NCBI GenBank assembly: GCA_947625515.1
Contig: CANQOO010000005.1
Location: 24,576-88,575 of the forward strand
DNA from: an uncultured Clostridia bacterium
GTDB lineage: Bacteria; Bacillota; Clostridia; Christensenellales; UBA1242
DNA: 64,000 nt
Reading direction: 5' to 3'
Within the stretch, counting starts at the first letter, position 1. Every line of letters starts with the position of its first letter. Position numbers and translations under genes: made by a program. The notes under the pieces are model-generated. The model had not been told where the DNA came from and did not search any database. It worked only from the letters and a program-made list of their open reading frames with translations. Shown piece by piece: positions 1 to 9,055 of this stretch.

Positions 1-3000
1 CGTTTGGCAACGGAATGTCCGAAAGCTTGGTGGCTTTTTTATTGATGCGAATTATTGTGTCCACATTCGGCTTGCTCGCTTTTGAAATGGTGAAAAGAAG
101 TTCTTTGCTGCCCTTATAATCAGTTTTGAATGTGACAATGGCCTTGCCCTGCCCCGCAAGTTTGTTGTTTTGATATTGGACGTCATAATCGATGCCGACA
201 GAAAGCGTCAGCCCGCCATCCTTTGCGATAACTTTTGGCGTCTTGACAGTTCCGTCATATACAAAAGTTTGTGTTTCAAGGGTGATGCTCAGCAGTGAGG
301 CATCCTTTTGTGCCACCTTGATGATTGTGATTTCCACTCTATAATTGATGTAGTTTTTCGTGTCGAAATAAACTGCAAACGCTTTGGTTGACTCAGCGAC
401 AATTTCTGTGTTCGGATTTTCCCACTTCCAGCCGCCATTAAGCTCAACCAGTTGCAAAGTTTTAATTTTCCTTCCCACCGTCATTGTTTGCGGCGGCATT
501 TGCGGAGGATTGTTTGCCTTCGCGATTGTGAATGAGGCATATGCCTCGGCGGAATTATAGTTTTGCGACGGCTCAATCATTGCCTTTATCCAATAAGAGC
601 CGGCATCTGTTGGCATTTCGGATGTATAGTCGCCATTTCGCGAGGTTGAATAGGTGAATGAAATTGTCGCATCTTCTTTCTTGTTCTGCACTTGTGGGCT
701 TGGAGCATTCTCACCATAGGTCCAATCGCCCATCCACACGCCAAAGCCGTCCCTATCCGCTTTGGAAATGGTATATTTCAAATATACATTTCCGCAAAAG
801 TTGCCAAAGAAGGAAATTTTCACTTGCACCCTGCCAGCATTTGTCCTGTCGCCGATATATTCAATCGAAAAATTGCTAATTGCTGCATTTTGGTGGGTGA
901 TTGTCAGGTTCTGCTCCGTCTGGCTGCCGTTATACACAAAATCTCGAAGCCCGGACACATTGATGTCATTCAGCCCAAGTTGCTTTGCACGAATGGTGAA
1001 AAATTGAGTCTTGCTGCCAGTCGAACGCCCATCCACAGAGGCAATCTCAATCTCCGCCCGCTCTGATGCGGATATGTTGTTTGAGCAAGATACACGATAG
1101 CAATTCTCTGGGACAACAAAGGCGTTGAAATACACCACAATTTTTGGCACAATCGCTTCGCCAGAATATGTGTAAGTGCCTTCCACGCGGATTTCGCATT
1201 TTTCAAGGTCATAAATCTTTGGCAAATCTGTGCTGAAAACCGCGATAAAATCCGCATCCCCCTTCAAAAGAACGCTGCCCAAGACAATTTGCGTGTCATA
1301 TTGCCAGCCCAAGAAGCCCTCTTCGTCAAGTTGAAGCAAATTGACGCTCTGACCATAAACGCCATAGCCAACGCTGAAAACCGCATCACGGACGATATAT
1401 CTGTAAACAAAACAACCTTCATAAATTGCCACAAGGCGTGTCTGTTTTTCAAGCACAAAAGTTTGCCCTGCGTCATAAATTTTGTCGCCATCCCTATATG
1501 CCACAACTTTGTTTTGAGAATTGTCGATGGTTGGAAGATAAACCTCATACGCATACGCGTAATAATTCACAAATTTTTCATTTTTATAAAAAATTTCCAA
1601 AGAAAGTTTGTCTTTAATCGTGACGTTAAACTCGCTGTCCTTATTAATGACAATTTTGTCGCCCGTTTGATATTTTCTTCCACTCAGTCGCTCTTCATAT
1701 TCAACATATTGATTTTCCAGCAAATTATATTCATGCTGCTCCGTGCCAAATTCAAACTCATGGCTCTTAATTTCGCACTCAAAATTTGTTTTGTTATCAT
1801 AGAATTTAAGCCGATATAGGATTTTGCTGACAAAAATGCCACCAACATCAAATTTAAGCATGTAATCCGCGTTTATCTCAATTTTTTCTAAGACGTCCTG
1901 TGTGAAATTTCCTTCAAGTTTGATGCTTCTGACGTCATCAAAATCATCAAAACGAACAGAAATGTTGTTCACTTTTTGCGAAAGCGTCAAATTGTCAATG
2001 TTGCTAATGTTCACGCAAGGCTCTTCAATTTGCGTGAATGTGCAATTTTCAAGTCTAACTTTTCCACCCGCACAGATGATGCCATCCCCTTTTAAATCAA
2101 TACAATTTTCAAAACTGCAATTGGAAAGTTCAACATCCATTCCAGGTGCGTAGATAACGCCTGCCAAAAATTTTGTTCGCATGTTTCGAAAAACGACATT
2201 TTCGGCAGTGAATTTTGCACTCGCTCCAAAAATTAACGGATTTGTTGTCTGCATCACATTCCCGTCAAAAATGATTTTTGCATTAGTTTTCCCCTTAATT
2301 GTCAGTTCGCTTTGACACTGCAAAAAGGTTTGGTTTGTATCAATGCAAATATCGTTTTGAATGGACGAGTCAATTTCAATCGTCACATTTTTAAGCAAAT
2401 AAATATATTCCAGCTTGCAGTCTGCCAAGAGAAAAATCGTCTGCCCATTTGTGGCCCTTTCAAGGGCTTCATGAATTGAGTTAAAATATTGCTCTTCAAT
2501 CCTGCAAACACTTGGGCTTTGCAGGGAAACATCCGAAAACTCCTGACTTGGCTCACTTTGATTGAAAAATCTGTTGATTGCCACAACTTTATATATCGGG
2601 TCAGAAGAATAGTAATTTTCGTCCACAAACGAAGAGCCATATGTGAAGCCGGCAAGTTTCCACACCCCGCCAACTTTGGAATATATCTCATAGCAAAGAT
2701 GATTTTCATCCCGCATGCCCTGAATGTAAATCGTTCGCTTGCTATTGGACTTTATAATTTTTGTGATTGATGCTGCTCCCTTGTATGCCCTGTCGGCATC
2801 CGGCACGTTTTGGTGGCTTAATGCAAAATCATACTGCGTGCCGTCAGCATACCAAAAGTGGTCAAATTTTTTTGAAATTTTTCCTGCCTGCCTTGCCTGT
2901 TCCATCAAGGACTTAAACTTTTCTGAAGAAGTGCTGTAAACAAATCTGTGGCTCCACTCTCCCGGGCTTTTGCCATAATAAAATCCCCAACGTTCATAAT

Positions 3001-4693
3001 AATCCGAAAGGTCAACCTGCGTTGCAATGGAAGAATAATAGACATATTTCTCTTCCATGCTCAGTTCCGATTCAATTGTGCCGCGGAAGTAGTTGTTAAA
3101 TCTTGCCCAAAAGCCAGGGAAGACCGCTTCCAAATCCCACCAAATCAGATAGTTGTGGTCATATATTGTCGGATATTTATCCTTTGTGTACATAATCTGC
3201 CCGTCATCATATGCTTTGTGGTCAAGTTTATAATCATTTGAAAGTGCTTTAAGTGTCTTTGCAAACGGCTGATACTGCTCATGATGCGGCATCCCAACAA
3301 TGTTGAAATATGCCATCGCGGCAGTGAAATTGTTTGTCGTTTCGTTTATCTTTCGCGGATCGTTGTCCAGGGCATGACCAAGTTCATGTCCAATTCCAAA
3401 AAGCAAATGTTCTGACTGTCCGTGGTCCTTGATTGGATTTTTTGCATTATAGAAATTGGCGAACCAATAATGCTCATAATACCACCCAATGTGATAAGAA
3501 TATGAATAAGCCCCCGAGCCTTCATAATATGTCATGTATCTGAAATTTATCTTCACATAATCATTTCGCGGGTCATATGCCACATCAAGATTGGAAGATT
3601 CGCTTGTGGGAATTCCGTTAAACTCAAAAAGCGTTGTAAAATAATTCCCCCAAAGATTGAGATTTTCACTTGGAGTGATGACATTGTTGTTAAAATAGAC
3701 GTCATAAAGGGAAGAAGAAGTTGTGGAAATTATTGCGTGGTCGGTGACAAGTTCTGCCATATTAAGCAAATTGTTTTCAGCCCGCTGCGTTTCATATTCT
3801 TCAAGAAAGTTCAAAAATTCTTGCTCATTTCCGCCCTTTCGGAAAATTGGATAAAAGTCCCCACCTTCAATATAGACACTAATTTTGCCCTGCTCTTCTG
3901 GCAAATATGGATTGCACAAATACACCGCCCCGCCACGGATTTCATCCTTCGCAATATATCCAAGGCCAAAAGTTGGGAATGTCAGTTTGTTCCAGCCTTT
4001 TTTAAGTTGGACTTTGTTATACCAGTGCAAATAATAGCCGTGATTTTGTGAAAACATAATTGAGGGCAGATTGTTGGTCGTTTCATCTGCCTCGACAAAA
4101 ACATTAAAAGCAAAGTCCGGCATGCCATAAATGCCCGTCAAAATAATTTCGCTTGACTTCCAAATGCATTTTAAGGCAGTTTGTGAATATTGTGCAATGT
4201 CCCCCACTTGGTCAATTTTGTTGTCATTTTCAAACTCCGTGGAGAACTCTCTTTTTGAGGTGTATCTCACATTCCCGTCAAGCACCATAGTTGCACGCTC
4301 ATACACCTGTTCAGAAATTTTGTTTTCTTGTTTTAATTGGTCAAGAATCGTCCTGTCAGCATATTCTTTGTTCAAACTTGTTTGAGTGTAATCTTCAAAA
4401 ATGTCGTCTTCCGCCAAGACGCTTTCGGCCTCGTTAGCCGACGCAACATTTGCCACCTCGCGTTCCGACAAGATGTTCACTATGCCATTTCCCGCCAGAA
4501 CATTTTCCACTTCGCCTTCCGACAAAAAATTTTGAGCCTCTTTTGCCGCAAAGATACTTTCGGACTTACATGCACTCGTCTCGCCTACGGCAACATATGC
4601 GGGCTGACTTTGAAATGCAAAAAAAATACCTGTCCCCGCAAAAAGCAGCAGGCAGCTTATGTAAAATAAAAATTTAGATTTTTTATTCTCCAT
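1..4693 (-). CDS. Large secreted/surface M60-like (enhancin-type) zinc metallopeptidase followed by Ig-like/MBG-type repeat modules; the C-terminus runs off the left window edge
   Basis: Absent from the ORF track because it is open at the window edge. Manual translation from ATG (complement 4693-4691) gives MENKKSKFLFYISCLLLFAGTGIFF (signal/anchor). HELGH is at complement 3374-3388, followed by ...INETTNNF. Then come repeated modules with F.YDG....P / Y.NN..AG.A pattern. No stop occurs down to position 1. Confidence 0.8.
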   Translation of the reverse strand, partial: MENKKSKFLFYISCLLLFAGTGIFFAFQSQPAYVAVGETSACKSESIFAAKEAQNFLSEGEVENVLAGNGIVNILSEREVANVASANEAESVLAEDDIFEDYTQTSLNKEYADRTILDQLKQENKISEQVYERATMVLDGNVRYTSKREFSTEFENDNKIDQVGDIAQYSQTALKCIWKSSEIILTGIYGMPDFAFNVFVEADETTNNLPSIMFSQNHGYYLHWYNKVQLKKGWNKLTFPTFGLGYIAKDEIRGGAVYLCNPYLPEEQGKISVYIEGGDFYPIFRKGGNEQEFLNFLEEYETQRAENNLLNMAELVTDHAIISTTSSSLYDVYFNNNVITPSENLNLWGNYFTTLFEFNGIPTSESSNLDVAYDPRNDYVKINFRYMTYYEGSGAYSYSYHIGWYYEHYWFANFYNAKNPIKDHGQSEHLLFGIGHELGHALDNDPRKINETTNNFTAAMAYFNIVGMPHHEQYQPFAKTLKALSNDYKLDHKAYDDGQIMYTKDKYPTIYDHNYLIWWDLEAVFPGFWARFNNYFRGTIESELSMEEKYVYYSSIATQVDLSDYYERWGFYYGKSPGEWSHRFVYSTSSEKFKSLMEQARQAGKISKKFDHFWYADGTQYDFALSHQNVPDADRAYKGAASITKIIKSNSKRTIYIQGMRDENHLCYEIYSKVGGVWKLAGFTYGSSFVDENYYSSDPIYKVVAINRFFNQSEPSQEFSDVSLQSPSVCRIEEQYFNSIHEALERATNGQTIFLLADCKLEYIYLLKNVTIEIDSSIQNDICIDTNQTFLQCQSELTIKGKTNAKIIFDGNVMQTTNPLIFGASAKFTAENVVFRNMRTKFLAGVIYAPGMDVELSNCSFENCIDLKGDGIICAGGKVRLENCTFTQIEEPCVNISNIDNLTLSQKVNNISVRFDDFDDVRSIKLEGNFTQDVLEKIEINADYMLKFDVGGIFVSKILYRLKFYDNKTNFECEIKSHEFEFGTEQHEYNLLENQYVEYEERLSGRKYQTGDKIVINKDSEFNVTIKDKLSLEIFYKNEKFVNYYAYAYEVYLPTIDNSQNKVVAYRDGDKIYDAGQTFVLEKQTRLVAIYEGCFVYRYIVRDAVFSVGYGVYGQSVNLLQLDEEGFLGWQYDTQIVLGSVLLKGDADFIAVFSTDLPKIYDLEKCEIRVEGTYTYSGEAIVPKIVVYFNAFVVPENCYRVSCSNNISASERAEIEIASVDGRSTGSKTQFFTIRAKQLGLNDINVSGLRDFVYNGSQTEQNLTITHQNAAISNFSIEYIGDRTNAGRVQVKISFFGNFCGNVYLKYTISKADRDGFGVWMGDWTYGENAPSPQVQNKKEDATISFTYSTSRNGDYTSEMPTDAGSYWIKAMIEPSQNYNSAEAYASFTIAKANNPPQMPPQTMTVGRKIKTLQLVELNGGWKWENPNTEIVAESTKAFAVYFDTKNYINYRVEITIIKVAQKDASLLSITLETQTFVYDGTVKTPKVIAKDGGLTLSVGIDYDVQYQNNKLAGQGKAIVTFKTDYKGSKELLFTISKASKPNVDTIIRINKKATKLSDIPLPN

Positions 4694-4772
4694 ATGTCTT
4701 ATTATAACAAAAATAACCTAATAAAAACAAACAACATCACAAGTTCACAACATATTTTCAGCACTTTTAAGC

Positions 4773-4804
4773 CACATTCTATATGGCCGTTACTGCCAAA
4801 AAGT
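4773..4804 (-). promoter_or_regulatory. Conserved 32-bp intergenic motif, copy A (contains TGGC-N7-GCCA palindrome), about 80 nt upstream of the M60-like gene start
   Basis: cacattctatatggccgttactgccaaaaagt is identical to 5575-5606. Confidence 0.4.
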
Positions 4805-4856
4805 TGATTTTCGCATAAAAATAGTTGCTATTTCATTTTAAAACTAAAATCTTTAT

Positions 4857-5546
4857 TTATTCCATAATTTCATTATATATTAAATTAAAATTGTTTTCAA
4901 GTTGATAAGCGGTCAAAATCAAGTGCTCAGCTATATTCGTTCGCAAATAATCTCTTTTAATATATGGTTGTCCCAGTCTTACCCTATCAAGAGCATCGGC
5001 ATCCTTTAAAATTTGATAAATTTGTCTACAACGTTTTTTCTCTTGTATGCAATATTTTTGCTCGACATCTTGATAATTCAAATCTGACAAACTATGAGCC
5101 GCGATTACGCATTTCAAAATTTTCAAATCATCACTTTTTATTGGCAATCTTAGTTTGTCTATAAGATTTGCCCCTAACGCTCCATGACTTAGGTCTTCAA
5201 GATCATTTCTTCTCCCTATATCATGATACATAGCTGCATACAAAACTAATTTTGTATCTTCTTCACTCAATTTCAATTCATCGGAGATGTAAACAGCAAA
5301 AAGAGAAACTCGAAAATTGTGCATTTTGCCATGTTTGTCACTTTTATACAAGAAATCATCCTTAACATTTTTAAATAGATTTTTAAACAACTCAAAGTGC
5401 TTTGATTCGAAAATTTTATTAACAAATTCAGTTAAATTAATTTGTTTTATATGTGCATTCTTCAATTCATCTTTCTGCAATAAATAAAAATTGTAAGTAT
5501 GATGACTTTCATCGACATCCTTAAAAGGCTTTGTTAATGCTGCCAT
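4857..5546 (-). CDS. HD-domain phosphohydrolase family protein
   Basis: 229-aa ORF with the motif ...AAMYHDIGRRND... and a downstream H/D pattern. AGGAGGG RBS upstream. AT-rich by eye. Confidence 0.7.
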   Translation of the reverse strand: MAALTKPFKDVDESHHTYNFYLLQKDELKNAHIKQINLTEFVNKIFESKHFELFKNLFKNVKDDFLYKSDKHGKMHNFRVSLFAVYISDELKLSEEDTKLVLYAAMYHDIGRRNDLEDLSHGALGANLIDKLRLPIKSDDLKILKCVIAAHSLSDLNYQDVEQKYCIQEKKRCRQIYQILKDADALDRVRLGQPYIKRDYLRTNIAEHLILTAYQLENNFNLIYNEIME

Positions 5547-5579
5547 TAATACCCTCCTAAATTAAGACAATTTACACAT

Positions 5580-5609
5580 TCTATATGGCCGTTACTGCCA
5601 AAAAGTCAA
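5580..5609 (-). promoter_or_regulatory. Candidate sigma-70 promoter for the HD gene, embedded in 32-bp motif copy B (5575-5606)
   Basis: Minus-strand reading is TTGACT-18 nt-TATAGA(AT). The TGGC-N7-GCCA palindrome lies in the spacer. Confidence 0.45.
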
Positions 5610-5611
5610 TT

Positions 5612-6175
5612 TTACAAATTGTAGGTTTTAATTTTCTCAATTATTTTTTTATAAATAGGTATCATATATTTTTCTTCTGACAAACTGAGAAGTTCATCAA
5701 AATAAAGCCATTTCACCCCTTTATTTTCTTCTGGAGCTTCTTGAAGGGCTTCATTTTCGTCTGCTTCAAACAAATATGTAACATTGAGATGTATGTGAGC
5801 CGGAATGTATTTCCCTCTCTTAAAATGACCCAAAACAGGTATGCTTTCAATTGAAATAGGTTCTTTTGATAAAAGTCTATAATTGTGCAAAGAGGTTTCT
5901 TCTTCAAGTTCTTTTTTTGCAACAAACAAGGCGTCATCATCACCATCCACATGGCCACCTGTCCAAGTCCAAGAATCAAAAATAATATGATATGTTGACA
6001 ACACTTTTGTTCTATCTTTGTTTACAACGAATGCCGATGCACACAAATGTGCCATATCATTATCGCGTGTTAGAATTTGTTCTTTATTTTCACAATCAAT
6101 AAAAAATATTTTATCTCTTTCTTCCTGCTCATTAAATGGTTTATATTTTTTCACCATTTCAATTATTTTACTCAT
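5612..6175 (-). CDS. NUDIX hydrolase
   Basis: 187-aa ORF with Nudix box GGHVDGDDDALFVAKKELEEETSL (GX5EX7REUXEEXGU pattern). Confidence 0.85.
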   Translation of the reverse strand: MSKIIEMVKKYKPFNEQEERDKIFFIDCENKEQILTRDNDMAHLCASAFVVNKDRTKVLSTYHIIFDSWTWTGGHVDGDDDALFVAKKELEEETSLHNYRLLSKEPISIESIPVLGHFKRGKYIPAHIHLNVTYLFEADENEALQEAPEENKGVKWLYFDELLSLSEEKYMIPIYKKIIEKIKTYNL

Positions 6176-6250
6176 ATCCCATCCCTAAAAAAGACAAATC
6201 ACTTGTTTTATATGGAGCTACTGGGCAAACTCAAGCCCGACCTGCTGATA

Positions 6251-6648
6251 ACAAGCCGAGCAATCAAACCGCTTGCGGAATTTGAAGTTGCGAGGCACAG
6301 TTATATCTTTAATATAACAAGCCGAGCAATCAAACCGCTTGCGGAATTTGAAGTTGCGAGGTGCAGTTATATCGTTAATATAACAAGCCGAGCAATCAAA
6401 TCGCTTGCGGGATTTGGAATTGCGAGGCACAGTTATATCGTTAATATAACAAGCCGAGCAATCAAACCGCTTGCGGGATTTGGAATTGCGAGGCACAGTT
6501 ATATCTTTAATATAACAAGCCGAGCAATCAAAACCGCTTGCTGGATTTGAAGTTGCGAGGCACAGTTATATCTTTAATATAACAAGCCGAGCAATCAAAC
6601 CGCTTGCGGAATTTGAAGTTGCGAGGCAAAGTTATGTTTCAATATAAC
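6251..6648. repeat. Tandem array of six copies of a 66-bp unit (copy 5 is 67 bp, copy 6 is degenerate at its end)
   Basis: The unit is acaagccgagcaatcaaaccgcttgcggaatttgaagttgcgaggcacagttatatctttaatata. It starts at 6251, 6317, 6383, 6449, 6515 and 6582. Each unit holds a long imperfect hairpin plus a GTTATAT/ATATAAC hairpin. Confidence 0.9.
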
Positions 6649-6734
6649 GAAGGAAGTGTTCTCCCCGCCCGCAATCAACTGCTCTTGCCACCTATTCCCC
6701 TTTGTTTTTCGGTTGTTTACAATAGGCAAAGAAA

Positions 6735-6785
6735 AATAGGTGTATAGGTTTTCACTCCTATACACCTATTTTACACCTAAATCTC
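6735..6785. terminator. Strong bidirectional intrinsic terminator (about 14-bp perfect stem)
   Basis: aataggtgtatagg-ttttcact-cctatacacctatt is flanked by an A-run and a T-run. It lies just downstream of the DUF1848 stop on the minus strand and downstream of the repeat array on the plus strand. Confidence 0.75.
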
Positions 6786-6845
6786 AAATTTTCCAAATGT
6801 TTTAAGCTTTCAAACTGCCTAATTCGTTCTATGGTTTTGCAAAAC

Positions 6846-7784
6846 TTATTTATACTCAAATTCGAGTTCGGTTTTGCGGTCATAGATTTCACCAGAAAGT
6901 TCATCAAGCATACTTTTTGGAGTGCCTTTGCGAGCATAACAATAGTTGCAGCCGTGGCGGCAGGTATCGTAGCGGCCAATGTCCACAGAAGGCATACAGC
7001 CGCAAAATTTTCTTTGTCCGTCAAGTTTATTGTTCTTTCGTTTGACGGTCAAATTTTGTGCTGCGAATTTTTCTGTGAGCAGTTTCTCAAAAATCTCGCC
7101 GTCAATGCACTTGCTCGGCACAATGTCGTAGGCACTCCAATCGCCGCTTTCGGCACAAGCCTCAATTTGAATGCCGTTTTGTTTTGCAATCTTTGAAAAT
7201 GCGGACAAAATTTGGTGCTTTTGCGTGAGATTAGGTGCCCAAACACTTTTCGAGCAACCCGAATAACTTTCAATCACAAAACTGATTTTGCAGTGTTTCG
7301 TGTAGCCCTTTAAACTTTCGCACAGCTTTGCAAAATGTTCAATGTGCCACTCAACATTAATCCCGTCCGCCAGCAAAATTGGGTCATATCGCCAAATCAC
7401 CGGACAAAATTTGGAGAGTTCTTTAAAACTATCAATTCGCTCTTCCAGTGGTGGCAAATTGGCTTCAATTTTCGCTGGATAATGATTGAGTGTGTAGAGA
7501 AAATAATATTTTATGTCCCCAAGTTCTCCGAGTCGGCTCATCATCGGTCGCGGATTTTTCGTCCAAAAGACGATGCCTTCCAAATTGCCGCTCATCTCAA
7601 CTTTTTTGTTGCCAAGCATATCTTCTTCAATGCTTTCAATTTTGATTGGCTTCAACTCTACCCGTGCAATCTTTTGCTGATTGATAGGATTTGGCACAAG
7701 CACAAAGCCGGCTTTGAGCCTCTCAAAAAACCAATCGCTATAAAATGCCGGCACATCCGTTCGCCTCGAAACGCTTAAAATCAT
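6846..7784 (-). CDS. DUF1848-like protein with a C-terminal Cys cluster (Fe-S type)
   Basis: The likely start is MILSVSRRTDVPAFYSDWF at 7784, where the ATGA overlaps the upstream stop. The C-terminal motif is CRHGCNYCYA. The track ORF extends to 7847, but the overlap start fits better. Confidence 0.65.
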   Translation of the reverse strand: MILSVSRRTDVPAFYSDWFFERLKAGFVLVPNPINQQKIARVELKPIKIESIEEDMLGNKKVEMSGNLEGIVFWTKNPRPMMSRLGELGDIKYYFLYTLNHYPAKIEANLPPLEERIDSFKELSKFCPVIWRYDPILLADGINVEWHIEHFAKLCESLKGYTKHCKISFVIESYSGCSKSVWAPNLTQKHQILSAFSKIAKQNGIQIEACAESGDWSAYDIVPSKCIDGEIFEKLLTEKFAAQNLTVKRKNNKLDGQRKFCGCMPSVDIGRYDTCRHGCNYCYARKGTPKSMLDELSGEIYDRKTELEFEYK

Positions 7785-8131
7785 AGTTCGTCCACCTTTA
7801 TGCCCAAATTGTCTTCCAGCCACTTTGCCACAATTCTGCGATGACAAAAAGTTGTGCCGTTTTCTATATCGGCATATTTTTCATAACAAAGCAAAACCGC
7901 ATTGTCACCAAGCTCATCAAAAACCTGCTGCGGATTTAACCTTGACAGCACTTTTTCATAATAAATTTTTTCATACAATTTTTCATCTTTGATTTTAATA
8001 ATCTCTGCCGGCGGTGCGAGTTTTTGATATGTATCTCCGTCCCAAAACTTTGCAAAGCGTGCAATTGAGACAAATCGATATCCTTTGTCTTTCGGATAAC
8101 TTCTCACTTTTCCAAAATATCCCGTTTTCAT
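7781..8131 (-). CDS. DUF488-like small protein
   Basis: 116 aa, with ...VLLCYEK......CHRRIVAKWLE, the characteristic C-terminal pattern as I recall it. ATGA overlaps at both ends. Confidence 0.55.
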   Translation of the reverse strand: MKTGYFGKVRSYPKDKGYRFVSIARFAKFWDGDTYQKLAPPAEIIKIKDEKLYEKIYYEKVLSRLNPQQVFDELGDNAVLLCYEKYADIENGTTFCHRRIVAKWLEDNLGIKVDEL

Positions 8132-8964
8132 ATCAAATCTCCATCAAACAGGCTCGCCTGTTTCCTTTCATCGAGCACACGCACTATGAACTGATCCGGA
8201 TTTTTCTCTTCTGGCAAAAGTTCAACATTTGGCGCAAGTTTTCTAAGGCAAAACTTGTAATAAACTTGCTTGCCGGTCGGTCTAAGCAAATCCACACAAT
8301 CTTGCAAATATTTTGCCCAGTCCTGCCACTTGTCCTCACTTTTATAGTTGTTGATTTTCCCAATTTTGTAGTGGTCAACGCAGTCAAGTTCCAGCGTTTT
8401 GCGAATAAGTGCCAAACTTTCGTCAGGCTCAATTGTTGGCTCAAAACTTGCAAAAGTCTTGATGCCATTATCATGCAAAATTTTCAAAGTTTCAAGCCTC
8501 TCGCTTGGAAGTGCTGCAAACGGCTCCCAATATCTGCTTTTTTCTTCGTCTAAAAATGTCAGCGTTGTTCCAACAGTTATGCGATCTCCAAAAGTCTTAA
8601 AAACATCCAAATCTCGCAGCATTTTCTTTCCGCCTTTGGACAGTACTGCCACCGGCACGCGATATGCACTCAGCATTTTCAACACTTCACGCGTTGTGGC
8701 ACTGTCATCTGCGTTGTCACAATAAACATCTCCGACAAAAGACAAAAGCACCTGCTCTTTATAAACATTTTTTTGCAGGTCTTTTTCCAAATATTTCAAA
8801 ATATCCTTTCGTGGCTCCGGTTTTCCAAAATATGTCGCACTTGATTTTTGCAACGTGTGCGGTGCATAACAATATCTGCATCTATGGCTGCACCCGATGT
8901 AAATGTTCAGCGCAAACGGACTATATTCTCTCGCCATGCCACTAGGCCGATAAATCACACTCAT
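8128..8964 (-). CDS. Radical SAM enzyme, SplB/COG1533-like (so-called DNA repair photolyase type)
   Basis: MSVIYRPSGMAREYSPFALNIYIGCSHRCRYCYAP carries a CxxxCxxC motif. The stop overlaps the DUF488 start. Confidence 0.75.
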   Translation of the reverse strand: MSVIYRPSGMAREYSPFALNIYIGCSHRCRYCYAPHTLQKSSATYFGKPEPRKDILKYLEKDLQKNVYKEQVLLSFVGDVYCDNADDSATTREVLKMLSAYRVPVAVLSKGGKKMLRDLDVFKTFGDRITVGTTLTFLDEEKSRYWEPFAALPSERLETLKILHDNGIKTFASFEPTIEPDESLALIRKTLELDCVDHYKIGKINNYKSEDKWQDWAKYLQDCVDLLRPTGKQVYYKFCLRKLAPNVELLPEEKNPDQFIVRVLDERKQASLFDGDLI

Positions 8965-9055
8965 GCAAAAATTATAGCACAAATGCAAAAAATTTGAAAT
9001 TATTTGACAATAAAATATCCATAATGTTTGTCAAAATGGTCAATATACGAATTTT

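Noticed and set aside
6077-6550. ORFs of 157 aa (+) and 92 aa (-, 6218-6496) running through the 66-bp array (22-aa periodic peptide)
   Set aside because: Openness is a by-product of a 66-nt (22-codon) unit without stops. The 67-bp copy 5 breaks the plus frame. No RBS is present, and the peptide composition is implausible.
6251-6648. Possible CRISPR array
   Set aside because: The whole 66-bp unit repeats head-to-tail with only point differences. There are no unique spacers, and no cas genes are in the window.
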